48,116 nt of DNA from Klebsormidium nitens (taxonomy: Eukaryota; Plantae; Klebsormidiophyceae), in the NCBI GenBank assembly GCA_000708835.1, contig DF237590.1, positions 1-48,116 of the forward strand, written 5' to 3'. Made by a program: the position numbers and the translations under genes. Below the pieces are notes generated by a model. It had not been told where the DNA came from. It was given only the letters and a program-made list of their open reading frames with translations, and did no database searches. Shown in pieces: positions 1-13,689 of the stretch (its first letter is position 1; every line of letters begins with the position of its first letter).

Positions 1-127
1 GGGGCGGAAGAACCGGTGCCAACGCTGAGGCACTCCATCCGAGAACGGAGGGCCCCAGAGCGGTATACGCTGTGAAGACTCTAGAATAAGCTCTGTTATA
101 GGAAACAAAACATAAGCCAATACGAGC

Positions 128-356
128 GTGGGGGAGTGTTGTAGTACGGTAGTTAACCGTAGGTTAGTGTTGACTGCGGTTTGACCGTGTTGACCGGTTG
201 ACTTCGGTCGGAAGACCGGTCACGTGGGCCGCGCGCATTTGGGAACGGACGAGCAGACCAGACGTGCCTGATACTGTAGACGCTCATATTGACTTAGTTT
301 GCTAGTTATAGTCTAGGTGACAAAGTAGCAGACCCCTGGACTGATTGCAGGACACA
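128..356 (+). mobile_element. Possible 3' LTR of an LTR retrotransposon, preceded by a polypurine tract
   Basis: Purine run gtgggggag (128-136) is followed directly by TGTTGTAGT (137), the typical PPT|LTR junction. The segment contains four clustered TTGAC words (about 168-203) and ends ...GCAGGACACA (356), giving TGT...ACA ends. No partner LTR, TSD or pol sequence is visible in the window. Confidence 0.4.
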
Positions 357-1689
357 GGGCAGATTTGCTAGACTATAAGGAGGAAAAACCAACTTGTAAG
401 ATTCATTCACTTCCATTTCGCTTGCATCAACGCTGTTTCACGACACGGCCCCTCTTCAGTGTGCTGATGTCACAGATACAGAATGCCGCCTAAGCGACCC
501 GTGTCCTTGGAACTCTGTTCTTATGTACCGGTCGCAGTTCGATCCATCCTCACACATTTTTTCGGGAGCAACTTTGCCACACAGTGATAGCTGTTTGTCA
601 GCTGAAGAAAGCACCTCATGCTTTATCATTTCAACAGGCTCGCTTTCGCTCGAAGGCAGTGCCGAGCAGATACGGGATGCTCGGGGTAGCCCAGCTTCTC
701 TTGAATAGTCCGACGCTTCAACGTAAATCACAGGGCCGAAGTGCAAACCCTCCCAAGCCTGTCGCCAACGGAACCGGAGCCTGTGAAACTTTGGTGCCTG
801 GATACTCCACTCCAGTTCTTACCACATTCCTTTCAGTAGAAAGCTCCCGTCACGCTTGGCCTCGTCGTTCCTTTCCTTTTTGCGAAAACTTTGTCTCTTT
901 TGTTGGTTGGGCTTTTGCGGGATCCTAGTTAATGAATGTACGATATGCGAATTTCGTCGCGCTTCGTGTCGTCTTCTGTTTGTCAAGCAACCTTTATCAA
1001 TCTTGTTCCTTCACATACGTCCTAGGAATACGTTTGGCGTTCGTAATTCCGTTGGCTTTATCCTCATGTGTTCGTTGATGTAAAGTATGTCAGTAGTGTG
1101 AGGCGACTCTGTCCAATTCCGTCGGGCCCCAATCCCGTTTCCGGCGGTTGTAAGAGTTCGAAATTGACAACGGGTGCGGAGTTCTGAGGTGAGAAGCGTC
1201 CCTGGCCATCGGTTTAAAGTACGCTTGGAGAGTCTTTCTTCTCAGGTGGTAGCATCAGTCCCGTAACACTGGGGTCGTGCTTCTTGGTTCTTTTTATCAA
1301 ACAAGTTTCCAAGGCTTTTATACAGAGTCACCTTTCAGACCACGGCGGGTTCAAAATCTTCCTTACTCGTACGGGACACACGCTTCCTTGGTTGCAAGTT
1401 TTCTGGATATGGGCTGGTTGTTGTGCGTCTTTCTGTCGTATCTATTTGCGGGTCTGGGTTTAACCCGCCACTGCGCGCTTTCCAAAAACTCTCAAAAACG
1501 ATCAGGAAGTCTGCATCAAAATCTATGTTGAGACTGGGAATCTTCTCTGTGGTGAGAGGAGCCAGTTCTGCGTTGAGATTGCAGGACAGAAACTTTGCAG
1601 CCGAGGCCACCGTCAAGGCACAGTAAATCTTGCTGTCCAGTGCACTAATTGTAGCGTCAATTACGGCACAACCCAATCCGTCAGTATTT

Positions 1690-3530
1690 CATCGTTCTCA
1701 GCATCCGTCTTCTCGTGCCATTGGGTCAGGTCCTCTGGACCCGTCGGCTTTCTGGAGGGCTTGCTCTCCGAATACTTTGCATGCAAACCTCGCGCGTTGT
1801 GCTCGATCTGAGCGGCGCTACCAAAATCGGCGGCTCGCTTCTCTCCTCGGCCTCAATCCGTCCACCTTAAATGTACTGGTATGAATCACTTTGTGCTAGT
1901 TTCCTCGTCAAAGCTGCGGGCGTATGAGTACAAGTTGCTCGGCACCGAGATCGCTGAGAGTTGCAGTTCCCGCTTCTTGAAGCTGCTACAGGGTTCTGGC
2001 TTTTGAATCCCCTATGATGCCGCTTCTGCGACTTCTCCGTCTACTGCCCTCTAGGTTGTCGATTTTTCTGCTTCGATCCACTCTCCTCTGAGAATCATAC
2101 GGTTCGCCTGGGATGGACCACTTCCGTTGAAGGAAGATTCTGTGAAGACCGTAACTCTCGTTTCACACCTCTGATTGGTCCGCCTCGTGGTTAATCAAAC
2201 ACCTTGAGCCGGCGACGATGCTTGATTATTAGGAGGCACATCCCAAACAAAGAACCTAATCAGAAGGCTGATGCCTCCAGAACAGAACTTCTAAGTTTGC
2301 TGTGTCCATGATGTATACAAACAGAGCTGCAACGGAGGTCATGACGATGAAAAGGATCTATCTGCAAATCGCCCGGGCCGGGTTTGGGACTTTAAGATCG
2401 AAGCCCAAGATGCTCCCTACTAGTCGACAATCTCTGTACACGTTCCTCCAAGCAGTTTCTCTTCCTATTCTTGCACTTCTGAACTTTAGGGTTTTCCCAA
2501 GCTTCCTTTTTCCGCGCCTGTGTCCCCATCAATTTACTACAGTCCTGCACGTCTGCCCCAAAATTTCCGTCTCTCGGAAGCCAATGGGCTCAAACTTGGT
2601 CGTTCGCATGTGAATTTTGTGAAAACACGACAAGCCCGTTTCGGTGTCGGTTTGGATGCTTGTAAGCTCTTTCCGTCCATCTCGGTCGGTTCCCTTCGGG
2701 TTAGCAGTCCCTGTATGCCTCGACCAGAGTTAAATGTCCACCTCTCGTAATCCATCTTGATTCGCTACTTTCATTTTGAGAGTACCGTTGCTCTGTTGGG
2801 TTAAAACTTTCGTCCGAGCTGGTTTCTGCTTCGGCTGATAGTCTGCCTTAAAGTGCGCTTTGAGTTCGCGGGGGACGCTATGACGAGCTGAATCCTGAGC
2901 CGGGAGAGCTCACCAAAAGATTGTAGCCCGATGCGCTCCATTGTTTGGTGCACCGTTCCATTCTCGGTGCTCGTATACGACGACAAAACACCCGTTTCGA
3001 GTTGCGCAGCCTTTCTTTCCAAGAGGAATGTCGACTTCCTATCGCACTGGCTGCGCCACTGCATTTGTGCATTTGACCATTTGACCAGTCTCGCGACCTT
3101 TGCGCCAGGGCGCCGACCCAGTCTTTTTGACGTTTCAGCTTTCCCGCCTTTGTCCGTCTGTTCCGCCCCACTATCTTGCAGGCTTCGTCTTTTCGTATCG
3201 TAACGGTTTTCAGCAGATAAACTTGGGAACCGCACCCACTGCATCAAAGCATGGCGTCTGCTACTGTTGCTCGGCGTGCGCTGACGGCGTACTTGCAAAG
3301 GCAATAATAATCTCAGACGGCATGCGAAGAGGCGATGCTGAGCTCAAGATGGGCAATCGCCCATTCACAGTAAGGGTCACGTTGTGAATGCCCGTGAAAC
3401 ATCTAATTTGTTTTGCACCCTTTCGTATCCCTCAAAGCATGGCCTTTGTTTTCGCCCTTGAGAAGTCTGTTGACGGCGTGTGGAGGCGACGATGAGCTTA
3501 AGATGGGCGTTGAGAGCCCAATCGTGTTCA
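1690..3530 (+). pseudogene. LRR pseudogene segment
   Basis: VVLDLSGATKI (about 1796-1828), VCPKISV (about 2551; homologous to VCPRLRV at 22191), FDHLTSL (about 3073), and two adjacent units RGDAELKMG (about 3328) and GGDDELKMG (3482-3508). Frames are broken. Confidence 0.5.
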
Positions 3531-6500
3531 GATTTGCAGATTGGCTCTGATGCTTCGTAAGGCTTACAGGCGATGATTCTACATGGCTTTCACGTTCTCG
3601 TTGGCTAATCAGGAGTGAGGTGCCTTACGGCCCTCCCTGCCACGTGGCAGGCTGGCAAGCGATGTGTCGCTGGTCTCCACGCTAGCGTCAGCCTCAAACG
3701 AGCTGTCAAGGCGCTAAAGCAGCCTTCGCAACTTTTGATTTGAAACCCACGTTAAACTGTGCTTGAGATGGACCTGTTAGACTGTGAGAAACGGATTACT
3801 GGTTGTAGGGTGCATATTTTTTCATATGCCACTATTGCCCAAGTCAGGATTTTCTTGAGCCCTGTTTTTCTCTTTATGGTATTACATGTTGGACCTTGTC
3901 CGTTGTTGACGGACCACCAAAACGACTCGGCCAATATCAGCAGCCTGTTACCTTTCTGAATGGCCCGTTGATAGTTTCCTTCGGCGTCAACTTCTGATCT
4001 TTGCGACGTGAGAATTCTGGGCAGTGGACGTTCACACGACGTGGCTGCAAGAAAGTGCCGTCCCCTTGCTCGTGCCTGCCCTTCTTTACGCAGTCAAAAG
4101 TCGTTCGTCATCGAGCTATTGTTGACATGAGCAAAACAACAAAGGCATCTAACATTCTGCTGACAATCGAGGCCTGATGATCGAAAGCTGGGTGCGAATT
4201 GCTCACAACCTCTTCTCCGAAAGCGTTGACGCGCGCTTCTTGGTGATCTGCTCAGTGAGATGATGAGTCCGTCCATCTTGCAGGCGAAAGGAAGCACTCT
4301 AGGCGGTCCCCGTGGCGCGCCACTTCGACTGTAATGGTGCCGATTAATTCGCGGCTAGCAAGAAGGGACATACCTCAAGGTGAGAAGCGTAGTTGAGTAT
4401 CTGCCGCTTTGATTCAAACTACCTATTCGTCAAGGTCCTCCCGTGGTGCGCTAAGACCTAGGCACCAAGAAAGTAGGGGCGTTTCTCTGGTCCGTTCCAC
4501 GAATGTAAGCTCGTCAGTCGTCAACTCGTTCTGTTGAATATCTGTTTCGTAGAAATTTCCCAGGAGCTTGCTTTGGACACCGAATATGTCATAGCTGTTT
4601 TTTTGCCTCCGTGACTTCCAATTTACGAGATCTTTCGGGATCTTTTGAGATCGTGTTTACCGTTCCGACTACATGGATCTGCAGACCTTGCTATATCCAC
4701 CTCTCTTGAAAGCTGGGTGCTGCAACGTAGGCGTCCCTTGTTAGATTCGACATCCAGCCTTGGGCAATTTGCGCTTTCTGCGCCGTTTCTGACGTCTCGG
4801 CCAACCCTGCACGCTCCGCACTTTGGGCCACTTGCACGCTTTTGCATCTGGCGTCACCACTGATCCCGGTGGTCATTGCATTCCTTCGGTTTTTTGGGAA
4901 TTCACTTAGTGATTGACAATAGCAACCTTTCGCAACGGCGTAACGATCAGCGGTACTTATTGTTATCGGTATCCAAAGTGTAAAGAGCTAGGTGCAGATT
5001 GCGTTTGGTTTGTCTCAGGCTATGACGAGCGGGACTGGGACGCTTCAGCAAACCCACTTGCAGTCTTTGCCACCTCTGACGCCTGTATTGCGATTTAAGG
5101 GCAAGTCCCTTCCACTACCACGTAGTATAAAGCAGTGTTCGTGCAGTCTTGCTATCTTCGCGCCCGTTTTCCTGCAGTCTGGTGCATTCCTCCTGCAAGT
5201 CTGCTCCTTTCTTCATCAGCCGCTTCGGTCACTTCGTTTCTTCCCCTATCTTGGCTTATCTGCTGCATTTATTTGTTTTCTATCATCTCGCGTACGTTCC
5301 GGGAGGACTATGCATGAGTTCCTATATGTCTTTGATTGTTACTTTCGCGACTCTATGCCGTTCTCTTTGCTCCAAGAATCCGTCGAGCTTGGTTAGCGAG
5401 ACGTTTCCAGCCTGCCGTCCTGCCTGAGCTGCACTTTCACTAATCTTGAGCTGCACTTTCACCAATCTTTGTGAAGCGATAACCCGGAGCTCCATCCATT
5501 GCGATGTGCGCTCGTGACTTGATTCACCGCAATTCCCAACGTCTGCATGTGTGTTCGCTAAACCTTCCGAAAATTCTGCTCGGATCTTTCCATTGACTTT
5601 TGACTCTCAAATCGAAGCGTTCCTCACGTTTTTCCAGTTCTCTTCTTGTCGTGATTCAGAGAGGTCTTACTCCGACACAGTGCTGAAATCCCAAGGAAAG
5701 TAATGAGCTCCAAATCTGTCGGTCGTAAGTCTAGAAGGCCATTGGCCGCGCTAAGAGTTGGACTTCGCGGTCCCAATGCTTTGTATGTTCGGCCCTTCAA
5801 TCCTTTGACGCATGGTCCTTGCTCAAACAACTACGCGGAACGCCAAGGATGCGGAAGACAGAATGAAAAATGTAATGTGTCTGCGCGCGCTAATCTCGTG
5901 GACGTGGACCTCGAGCATATGCTTTGATGTGTGTAGTCAATCTTTATCGAGGATTGTGAATGTCTACTTATATGGTCACTTTGTAGGAAAGGCAAGGAAG
6001 AGCTCAGATCTGACGAAGAACGTCGTCACACTGGCTGTTGTCGGACGCCTTCCAGCATTGATCCTCTCAACTCTTTTACTTTGTCCATGACTTTAGGGTA
6101 TCCACTTATACCTAACGTGCTTTATTTTGCTGTCGCATTGTAAAATTCGTGGGCAAGCTGGACCTGATCGCCACCTTTTGTGCTTCCGCGCCTGACTTGC
6201 CAAAATGCTTCAGGTTGCTAGCTCCTTTCTACAGTGTTTCCCACGTCTCATTCCCACTGCTTCCAACATTTTCAGCATTCATGTCCCTAAAAACCTGGAC
6301 CTCAACAATGTTAACTTGCTTTAGGTGAGAAACCAGCTGGGCAGCTACCGCAAAGCCGCTGCTCTGCGGTGAAGAGCTCCCCCCTTGGTCGTTCCTGCCA
6401 CCCGGTCTTTTCAGATCTGAAGCTTCGTATGGCGGCCCGTGGTCTCTCTCCAGTTTCCACCTTTTCGCCTTGCAAGCCATTTGAAAATTGAGACCTCGCA

Positions 6501-6609
6501 ACCCTCACGCTTTCTGGGTACGGTTGTCGGATTCGTCTCAAGGAGGAGAACGCATAGTGCAGATTCTGTTTTCTTGATCACTTTTGAAACTATGATGCTG
6601 GATTTCAAG

Positions 6610-7046
6610 GGCGTGGTCTCAAAACACATTTACAGCCACTGCGAGAACGCCGACATTTGCTGGAGTGGGGTGGGGGCCCGGCGGCTGGCGAAAGTGCCCG
6701 GCGGCTGAGGGGCCCAGGGATCCGGCGGCCGGCGGCTGTGCCCGGGGAAAACTGCCCCGGGGTCCAAACCAACAAAAAATCCAGGATTCTAAGATATGCC
6801 GGCGGTTTTCGCAGCCGCTACGCGCTTATGGAACATAGGAAATAGTTTTTTGTGCATTTCCAGCCGTATATTGCCCAAAAAGTGTCGTATAGCCTCAGTT
6901 TTTGGAATTTTTATCCCATTTTTTGGGGGGGCCTAGCCCGGCGGCTGGCCCCAAATCCGGCTCAAAATTCAGGGGGGTCGGGGCCCGGCGGCTGGCAAAT
7001 TGTCGGCGTTCTCGTAGTGACTGCAAATCTGTTTTGAGACCACGCC
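6610..7046. mobile_element. MITE-like element with about 52-bp terminal inverted repeats
   Basis: 6610-6660 (ggcgtggtctcaaaacacatttacagccactgcgagaacgccgacatttgc) matches the reverse complement of 6995-7046 with 4 mismatches and 1 indel. Internal direct repeats cccggcggctg at about 6677, 6697, 6937, 6984. No coding capacity and no clean TSD. Confidence 0.75.
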
Positions 7047-9544
7047 TTGGGGTGTTTCGGCGAACCAGTATCTTTCGTGCATGTCCCGGACGCCTTCACG
7101 CACAAACTTTGCCCGAGCTAAGATCTAGTGCATCTGATCCTGTGACTAAGGCTGACGTGCCAATACGTTTAGCTTTCAGGCGACCGGTCTGTTTTATCAC
7201 GGGTTTCCCTAGTCCGATGCAATGTCTCGTACGATCGGAGCTTTGAGGAAGGCAATGAAGAGCTTCAAGTTTAAGCTGGGTCGGAAGAGCTCAACGATGG
7301 AACACCGCTTCCTCAACCCCGATGCCCTCCGTTCCTGGTGCGCAGCTCCATCTTCGAAGCTTCTCTTGACCCCCAAATGCCTTTCGAAGGTGCTCCGCCT
7401 TTTTTTTGGGCCGATAGAATGCTTTTAGTTCTCGCCCCGCAGTTGACGCTTCTATGCCGCGCAAGCGGCCCAACACCTCGCAACTCTTGCACTGGTGTGG
7501 ATGCCAATCGCGAAACTTGAATCAAGCGTGTCGAGTTGCATGTCCCATTCTCTTTGGCGCATTTCTCCAGGCTGTGACGAGTGGCTGTAACGAGTGGCTG
7601 GCGGCCCAGATCCCTTCATTGGCCTTTCGGACGCCTTTTTCTACGCAAGTCGCCATGTGGAGTTGCAATGACGTGGGTCGCTTAGCGATATTACCTGATT
7701 GAAGATCAGGAGCATAAGGCAAGGACGAGCCATAGTGGGCTTAGATGCTCCAGGTGTGTGGTCGGAACTGATGCCCCATGGAAGTGCTTAGCACTCTAGC
7801 GATAGAAAAGGCTTGGCGCTTACTCCCGTTTGTTTTGGACTCATCGACTGAGTAGGCAAAGGAAATGAGGACGTGTTGGGCATCATAGGCCAAGCGCAAC
7901 CTTAAAGCATCTTGCAGTGTGTGACACGCCTTGATATGTTTATCTCAACTCAAGTCCTGGATCTTTCTGGGCCATCCAATCTGCCTTTTGTCGAGCGGCT
8001 CCTCTTAGCTGGTCGACGAGTCTGTTTCCGGATGTTGTCGGTGTTGAAACCGACTCGGCCGTTTGAGCTGTAAATCAGGCTCCACCGGCCGTCTACACTT
8101 CAGGTCTACATATTGGCCGCATCATGAGATGCGAGGTATTTCAAATGGCAAGGACTCAAAGAAAATAAGAATTTCATGTAGAAACTTTGCCCGAGGTTTT
8201 GGAGTTCCATGCAGAAGAGCTTCTGCACGTACTCGGTCAATCTTGTAGATTCTGGCCCCCTTCTCATGTGGCAAAGATGAGTACTCCGTTGGTACAAGCG
8301 CCCCAACGCTCATTGCTTCCACTGCGGCTTAACGCCATTTGCAAAATTACTTAATCATGTGCATCTCGACAACTTGTCGGCGTAAAAAGAATATTCCAAC
8401 TACGGGTCGAAAATCTGAATTCGCCCCTAGCTTCTTTGGGCTTCTTCAAAGCGCAAATGGATCAGTTGAGACTTTGCGCCAAGTCGCTTCAGGGCCGCTT
8501 ACTTTCAATGCGAGGCAGTGACGACCGGCATTAGGGTGCTCCGGCAGCGCAATCTTTGACGTCATCGACCCCGACGCCCTGTTTTGAAAGTTTCTTCGCC
8601 TCAGGCCTGCTGCGCGCATAACGATCTTGTAACCTGATCCGCGGACATCAAGCAAATATCCTTGCGCCACAAGTCCGTTTGAAGCTCGTGTCGCGCTCTT
8701 ATATCCGTCTCAATCTCTTCCGTTCTTTCTGGCTGTCTGTCCGTTTTGAGGGGCACACGAGCCTCCTGTTGATTAAAGTTCATCTGAACTGGTCCTTGCG
8801 TCTTTACGTTGAAATGTTCTCCAAGGTTTTTGTCCGGATGCTTTCCAGGTTTCAATGTGTGCGCACGGGGACATACTCCAGACGACGGGTCACTGCTTTT
8901 CTAGGTCGCAAGATCCATTCCAAACGTCGGGTTTTGTATTGAGGCCTTCTAGCTTCAGTGCTTCTGTCGAGCCAGCACCATTTTTTTCCCGCGTTTGGCT
9001 TCATCTTTTTTGTTGATCCAATCAGTAGTTGATTTGCCCCTGATGCGGTTGACGCAGCGTCTTGGCCGGGCAGTGCTGAGGCATTCCCTTTCTAAGTGAG
9101 CATTGTTGCCTTATGGGTTCCGCCGTGCGTCTCCATTCATGAGCTCATACATTTCGTGCGCACTTGTGTGTCACCCGGCCCTCCCCACTGGGTGCAGGCA
9201 TATCCCTAATCACTTCTGCCTTCAACGAGGCACTGATGAGCTATGTATGGGCGCCAAAACCCATTGCTGCCCTTAGTGGAAATGGTTCTGATGCCGTCCC
9301 AACCTTGGAGGTGGTAGCACTTGGGCTCTTGTTCCGAAGTGAAATGGTCCGTTTTGCCGACGGTCTCTAATTCGGTTGAGGGCATTAGGAGCCATACCTT
9401 GGTGGGAGAAGCTCAAGCACCCTATGCGTGCGGACAGTTTCAAAACATCGTTCTTCGGAAATGATTCAAAAAATCGATGTTCGTTTCGTTCGTTTGACTG
9501 AGATCAGACATCGAATCGCAACGAAGGACCTGTTGCAAATCTTG

Positions 9545-9574
9545 GACGTGTGTGAGGCCGTGATGAGCCATGCC
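9545..9574 (+). repeat. Paralogous block (DVxEAVMSHA), copy 1; copy 2 at 17917-17946
   Basis: gacgtgtgtgaggccgtgatgagccatgcc vs gacgtatttgaggctgtgatgagccatgcc, 27/30 identical. They translate DVCEAVMSHA and DVFEAVMSHA. Confidence 0.7.
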
Positions 9575-10990
9575 TAGGTGCGCAAACTGCCATCCGTCCT
9601 TCAGCGGGCCAAGCTCTATGCCCTGAATCTATGAAACCGTGACTGCGTACTTAGAAAAATGCCTCCTTTGGTGAGTATGTGTCACTGGAACCCTCCAACT
9701 AGGAATTACGTGTACCGTAGTAAGTGGTGGCTGCTATATTGACAGCAGCGACGGCTAAGGCGTGGTACACAGGCCCAAACGAGCCCGTTCTCACACGGAT
9801 TTTACAACCGCTTTTATTGGTTTCGTTCCAATGACACAAGCCTGTTGGTTGGGCAGGTCGCAAAGAACGCGTTCGTCCGCGTGGATGTGCTGAACCTCCC
9901 CCTTCCGCTCCAGCGCTAATAAAAATCCTTAGCCGTCGGGGAGCAGGAGGTGGTAAGGCAGAGCTCCTTCTTTAATGACGGGTCTTTGCAATTCTGGTTG
10001 TACCTCCCACTTGTCCTTGCGGCTCTCGGGTCGTTCATGTTTTTTCGTCTTCAAGTTCTTATGGCTCTTCTGCCTGTGTGGAAGCCTCTCACCTATATAA
10101 CTATCTTTGGTCCGACAACTATTCAGCAAGCTCTGCAAAATTTCTGTCATGGGGTTTGGTTCTATGTGAGCTGCGTGTGCTGTACATTTCAAGATTTTCT
10201 CTGGTTTCACGTCAATCGCAACGCCCATTGCAAGTCCCCGGGCCCCGCTGTTGGAGCTTGCCCGGGATGCTTTCAACCTCTGACAGGCCGCGTTAGCTAG
10301 TCAAGGACGGAAGAGCTGAAGCCAAGGCAATGACGATTTGATTCCTGGGTAAAAACAGCCCAATCGCAGGGAGGTCGCACCGAAGCCAACGTCAAGGATA
10401 CAGCCCTTTCTCGTTGGTGCTAATTAGCAATCATACGTAACTGTGTGCTTACTTTCTACTCAGGCGTCGTTGTCCTAGTGTTTGTGCTCGAGAACTCTGT
10501 GTATCGTTTTCTATGTGGTTGGCAATTTCATTGAACCCTCGCTTGCCCGCCACAAGACGCATTGTCATTCACTGTTGTTCGCTTTCGTTCTTCTGCTTCA
10601 AAGGGCCAGTCGTCTGTCCTTTATCCCAACACGTTTTCCTAAAATTCGCTTTCGGTGATTGTGACCGGATCCGTGCTTTTGCGCTCAACTCGTTAGAGAC
10701 GCAAAGAAGTTGCCCCTTGCGTCTTGGTGGGCGGCTTGCGCTTATATATACGTTTAGGGTTCTTGAGCATGCACATTCTTATATGATTCATCCAATAAAG
10801 GCGGTTTCTCTTGGCCCTTGATGCAGCATTCTTGAAACCTCTTACATGTGGCTCGTTTGGTTGATTTCCTCACCGAGGTACCATCTTTCGCTTTGGCGCC
10901 GAGCACGTTCCCAGTCGGCTCATGCCTGGCCATAGAAGGAGCTAAATGATTCTCTGATGCCGCTCACTCTCCTCAAATGCCCCTTGAATC

Positions 10991-11089
10991 TTGCACCATC
11001 CTTCCGATCAAATTCTGCAAGTGTCACTTTCTGATATCGGATTCTTGGACCACGTTGTCAGCTGTCATGATGTGGTGAAAACCTTCCGG
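10991..11089 (+). pseudogene. F-box-like motif remnant
   Basis: Translation HHPSDQILQVSLSDIGFLDHVVSCHDVVKTFR resembles the F-box consensus LPxEILxxIFSxL...Dxx.C..VCKxWR. It is followed by LRR-like fragments. Confidence 0.4.
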
Positions 11090-13689
11090 TGCGAAGAACT
11101 TATCGCAGGCCCTCGCTTTATGCAATTGCATCTGCAACCTCTTGGGTTGAATTCGTTTATGAGAGCGAAATTGATGAGGTTCTCTCCAGAAAAGATTGTT
11201 TAGACGTGGTCTTTACATTTTGAGAAGGAGGTCCCTGGTCCAACTAAAGAAATGTGGATTCCGACAGCGGTTTAGAGAGGTCGATTCACGAAGACGGTAT
11301 GATTGAAGTGTCCGCACATCTTTTTGAAGCCAGCAGCCTTTTTGAATTCTATGGTTATAGAATAACCGACGGGTAAATTTACCTCTTGTGGGTTTGTGCG
11401 TCTGCGTCGCTCCTAGAAGTATGCAGAGACAATACTTTCCCAGCAGTGACGAGCAGATTACCTGGGACGTCAACGTCCCAAGCAAAAGTTTTCTTTGTTT
11501 CGCGACGCTGAAGCCTCCTTACACTGTTGGGACCCAACGTATCGTCTCAAGTCAATGCTTCAATTGCCCATGCTTCAAAACCGGCAGTCCACTTCCGTAG
11601 CCGTTGTGAAGCCTATCAGATCTGCGCAATTGACTGTCGATTCGGCTTCGCGAAACTTATTTAGGAAGCTTTTATTGAAGGGCCAGGGATAGCGGAGGCG
11701 TTTGTGCAGAAAGCTCAAAGGTTGGAGTATGTTGCGTCGGTTTTGACGCCCTTGTATCTGTTTTCCCGTCCAATTATGCACATAACACGGCCAAACCTTT
11801 CGAAAGTTATTCCACGTCTATCAAGCTGGCCTACATTTATAGAGAGTAGTCACAGTCCAAGTCCGCGGGGCTGCCAGTCACAACTTAGCTGCGGAGATTT
11901 TGTAGACGGGGGTGTAATACCGGTCACATATCGATAGACCGAACCGGTCGGTTCATCTGTTGGTTCGTATATTTTCTTACCCGCATTCATGACGATAAGA
12001 GGCAAGCCTCCGTCGCCTCGAAAGCGGACGGCCCATGTAGTTGTATCGGTCGGAGGAAACCTTCAGCACGTTCTTACAATCCTCGAAATTTGCACCTCGT
12101 CGGGGTCAAAGCAACGGTCATTTTTAACCGGGCTCAATATACCCTGTGCAGTGGATTTGGAGCATCAAACGTTCCAGAGTAATTTTTTTAGCTTGTTTCT
12201 GACGCCTTCCAATAACGATCTGGACGCGTATCGAATCAGCTTTGCGTTCCGGATTTAAAGTCTCCACTTCTGTTCTAGGTAGGCTGCTAGTTCCGGTCCA
12301 CTAGTGCTTTGAGCGACTCGGGAAGTGGTAACGAGGCTGGCAGCTGTGAGAAGGTGATTTGGCTGGTTTTGTTTGTCTCGTTCCGTAACTAAAGCTTGCC
12401 GGTTGCGGTGCTCAGGGCCGCGTGACGCAACGCTTCCGATCTTTGGGTTTTAGAGCCCTGGCCTTTGATGTGCTGCTTGCTCTTCTTTCTTCGAGATGAA
12501 AGATGTGTGCTGATCTGTGAATCGAACTTCTGCCTGTTTATACGGAGGTAGTTAGTTTTTTGCGGGTTACAGAGTAGCTTGTTTTGGCAGTGCCACTGGA
12601 GTAAGTGGTGAATCATTGCTGGCTTTATATAGCCAAATAGTCTGAGTGCGCGTCGCGCCTAAGTTGCATACTTCAAGCTTGTGGCGGCATCACGGTGCAC
12701 CGTCTTCTCAGCCGGGTACTCGGGGCAAACATGGCGTACGTGCAATTTTACCAATACCGGACAGAACGTCTGCTGTCAAACATTTATCCCTTCTCATACC
12801 ACTATCGTTTACTTAGTATCGTTTTGGGTTGCGAAAGGCAATGATTCGAGAACAATGGGCTAGCGAGCGCACGATCCATGTTTTGAAGCGTGTAGCACTA
12901 TGCATGCACGCACTCACTTGGTTCGATATAAAGGACCCCGCTGCTTCCGGTCAGCTCTCAAGATGATACGTCCTGGCCTTTATCAGGGCTTGACTCGGAG
13001 GATATAGCCCCAATCGGAATGTGTTTGCCGCAAACGCTTTCATACAGCTTTGACCGTACCCTTGAAATTAACACGCTCCGAATGCGGCTTAACGAGACTG
13101 TTCTTTCAGCTGGCTCCCGTCTCTGTTGGAAGCAGTAAAGCTGGCATGTAACTCAGCCAACGGATCTTAGCGCTTTGAATGTGGCGTCTTTGAGTGCACT
13201 CCTTTGTTTCATGGGGACTCAAACTCCCGGTGAAGAGTCGACTCATTTCCATTTTCTTACCATCTTCAGCCAAAAATTGCGTGCCTCTCATTTATGGCAA
13301 TGATGGAACCGGACTGGGCGCACAAAGCCCAGAGATCATCTCCATTTGGTTCATTCGCCCTCCATGTGACGCCCTATGTTGCTCAAATTCGTTTTTTAGG
13401 CCTTGCGTATCTCCCCATACACATGTAGGTCGGTAGTTTTTTTGGCTTTGCGTTGCCTATCGGACTCGCGCATTTAACCGTAGCGACTTCGTAGATTGAC
13501 GCTTTGGCTGGATTGCTTTTGCGAGGTAGGAGTTCCGGCCTCGTGCTTTCATATGCAGGAATGCGGTTGTAATTTATCCCGCGAACGAGACTCCGTTCAC
13601 GGCGTTGGCAGCTCCTCCTTGGGCTGTATGCATGTGACGAATCAAACAAGCTTTCGTACCTTTTTACAGATTGAATCCTTCGATTCCGA

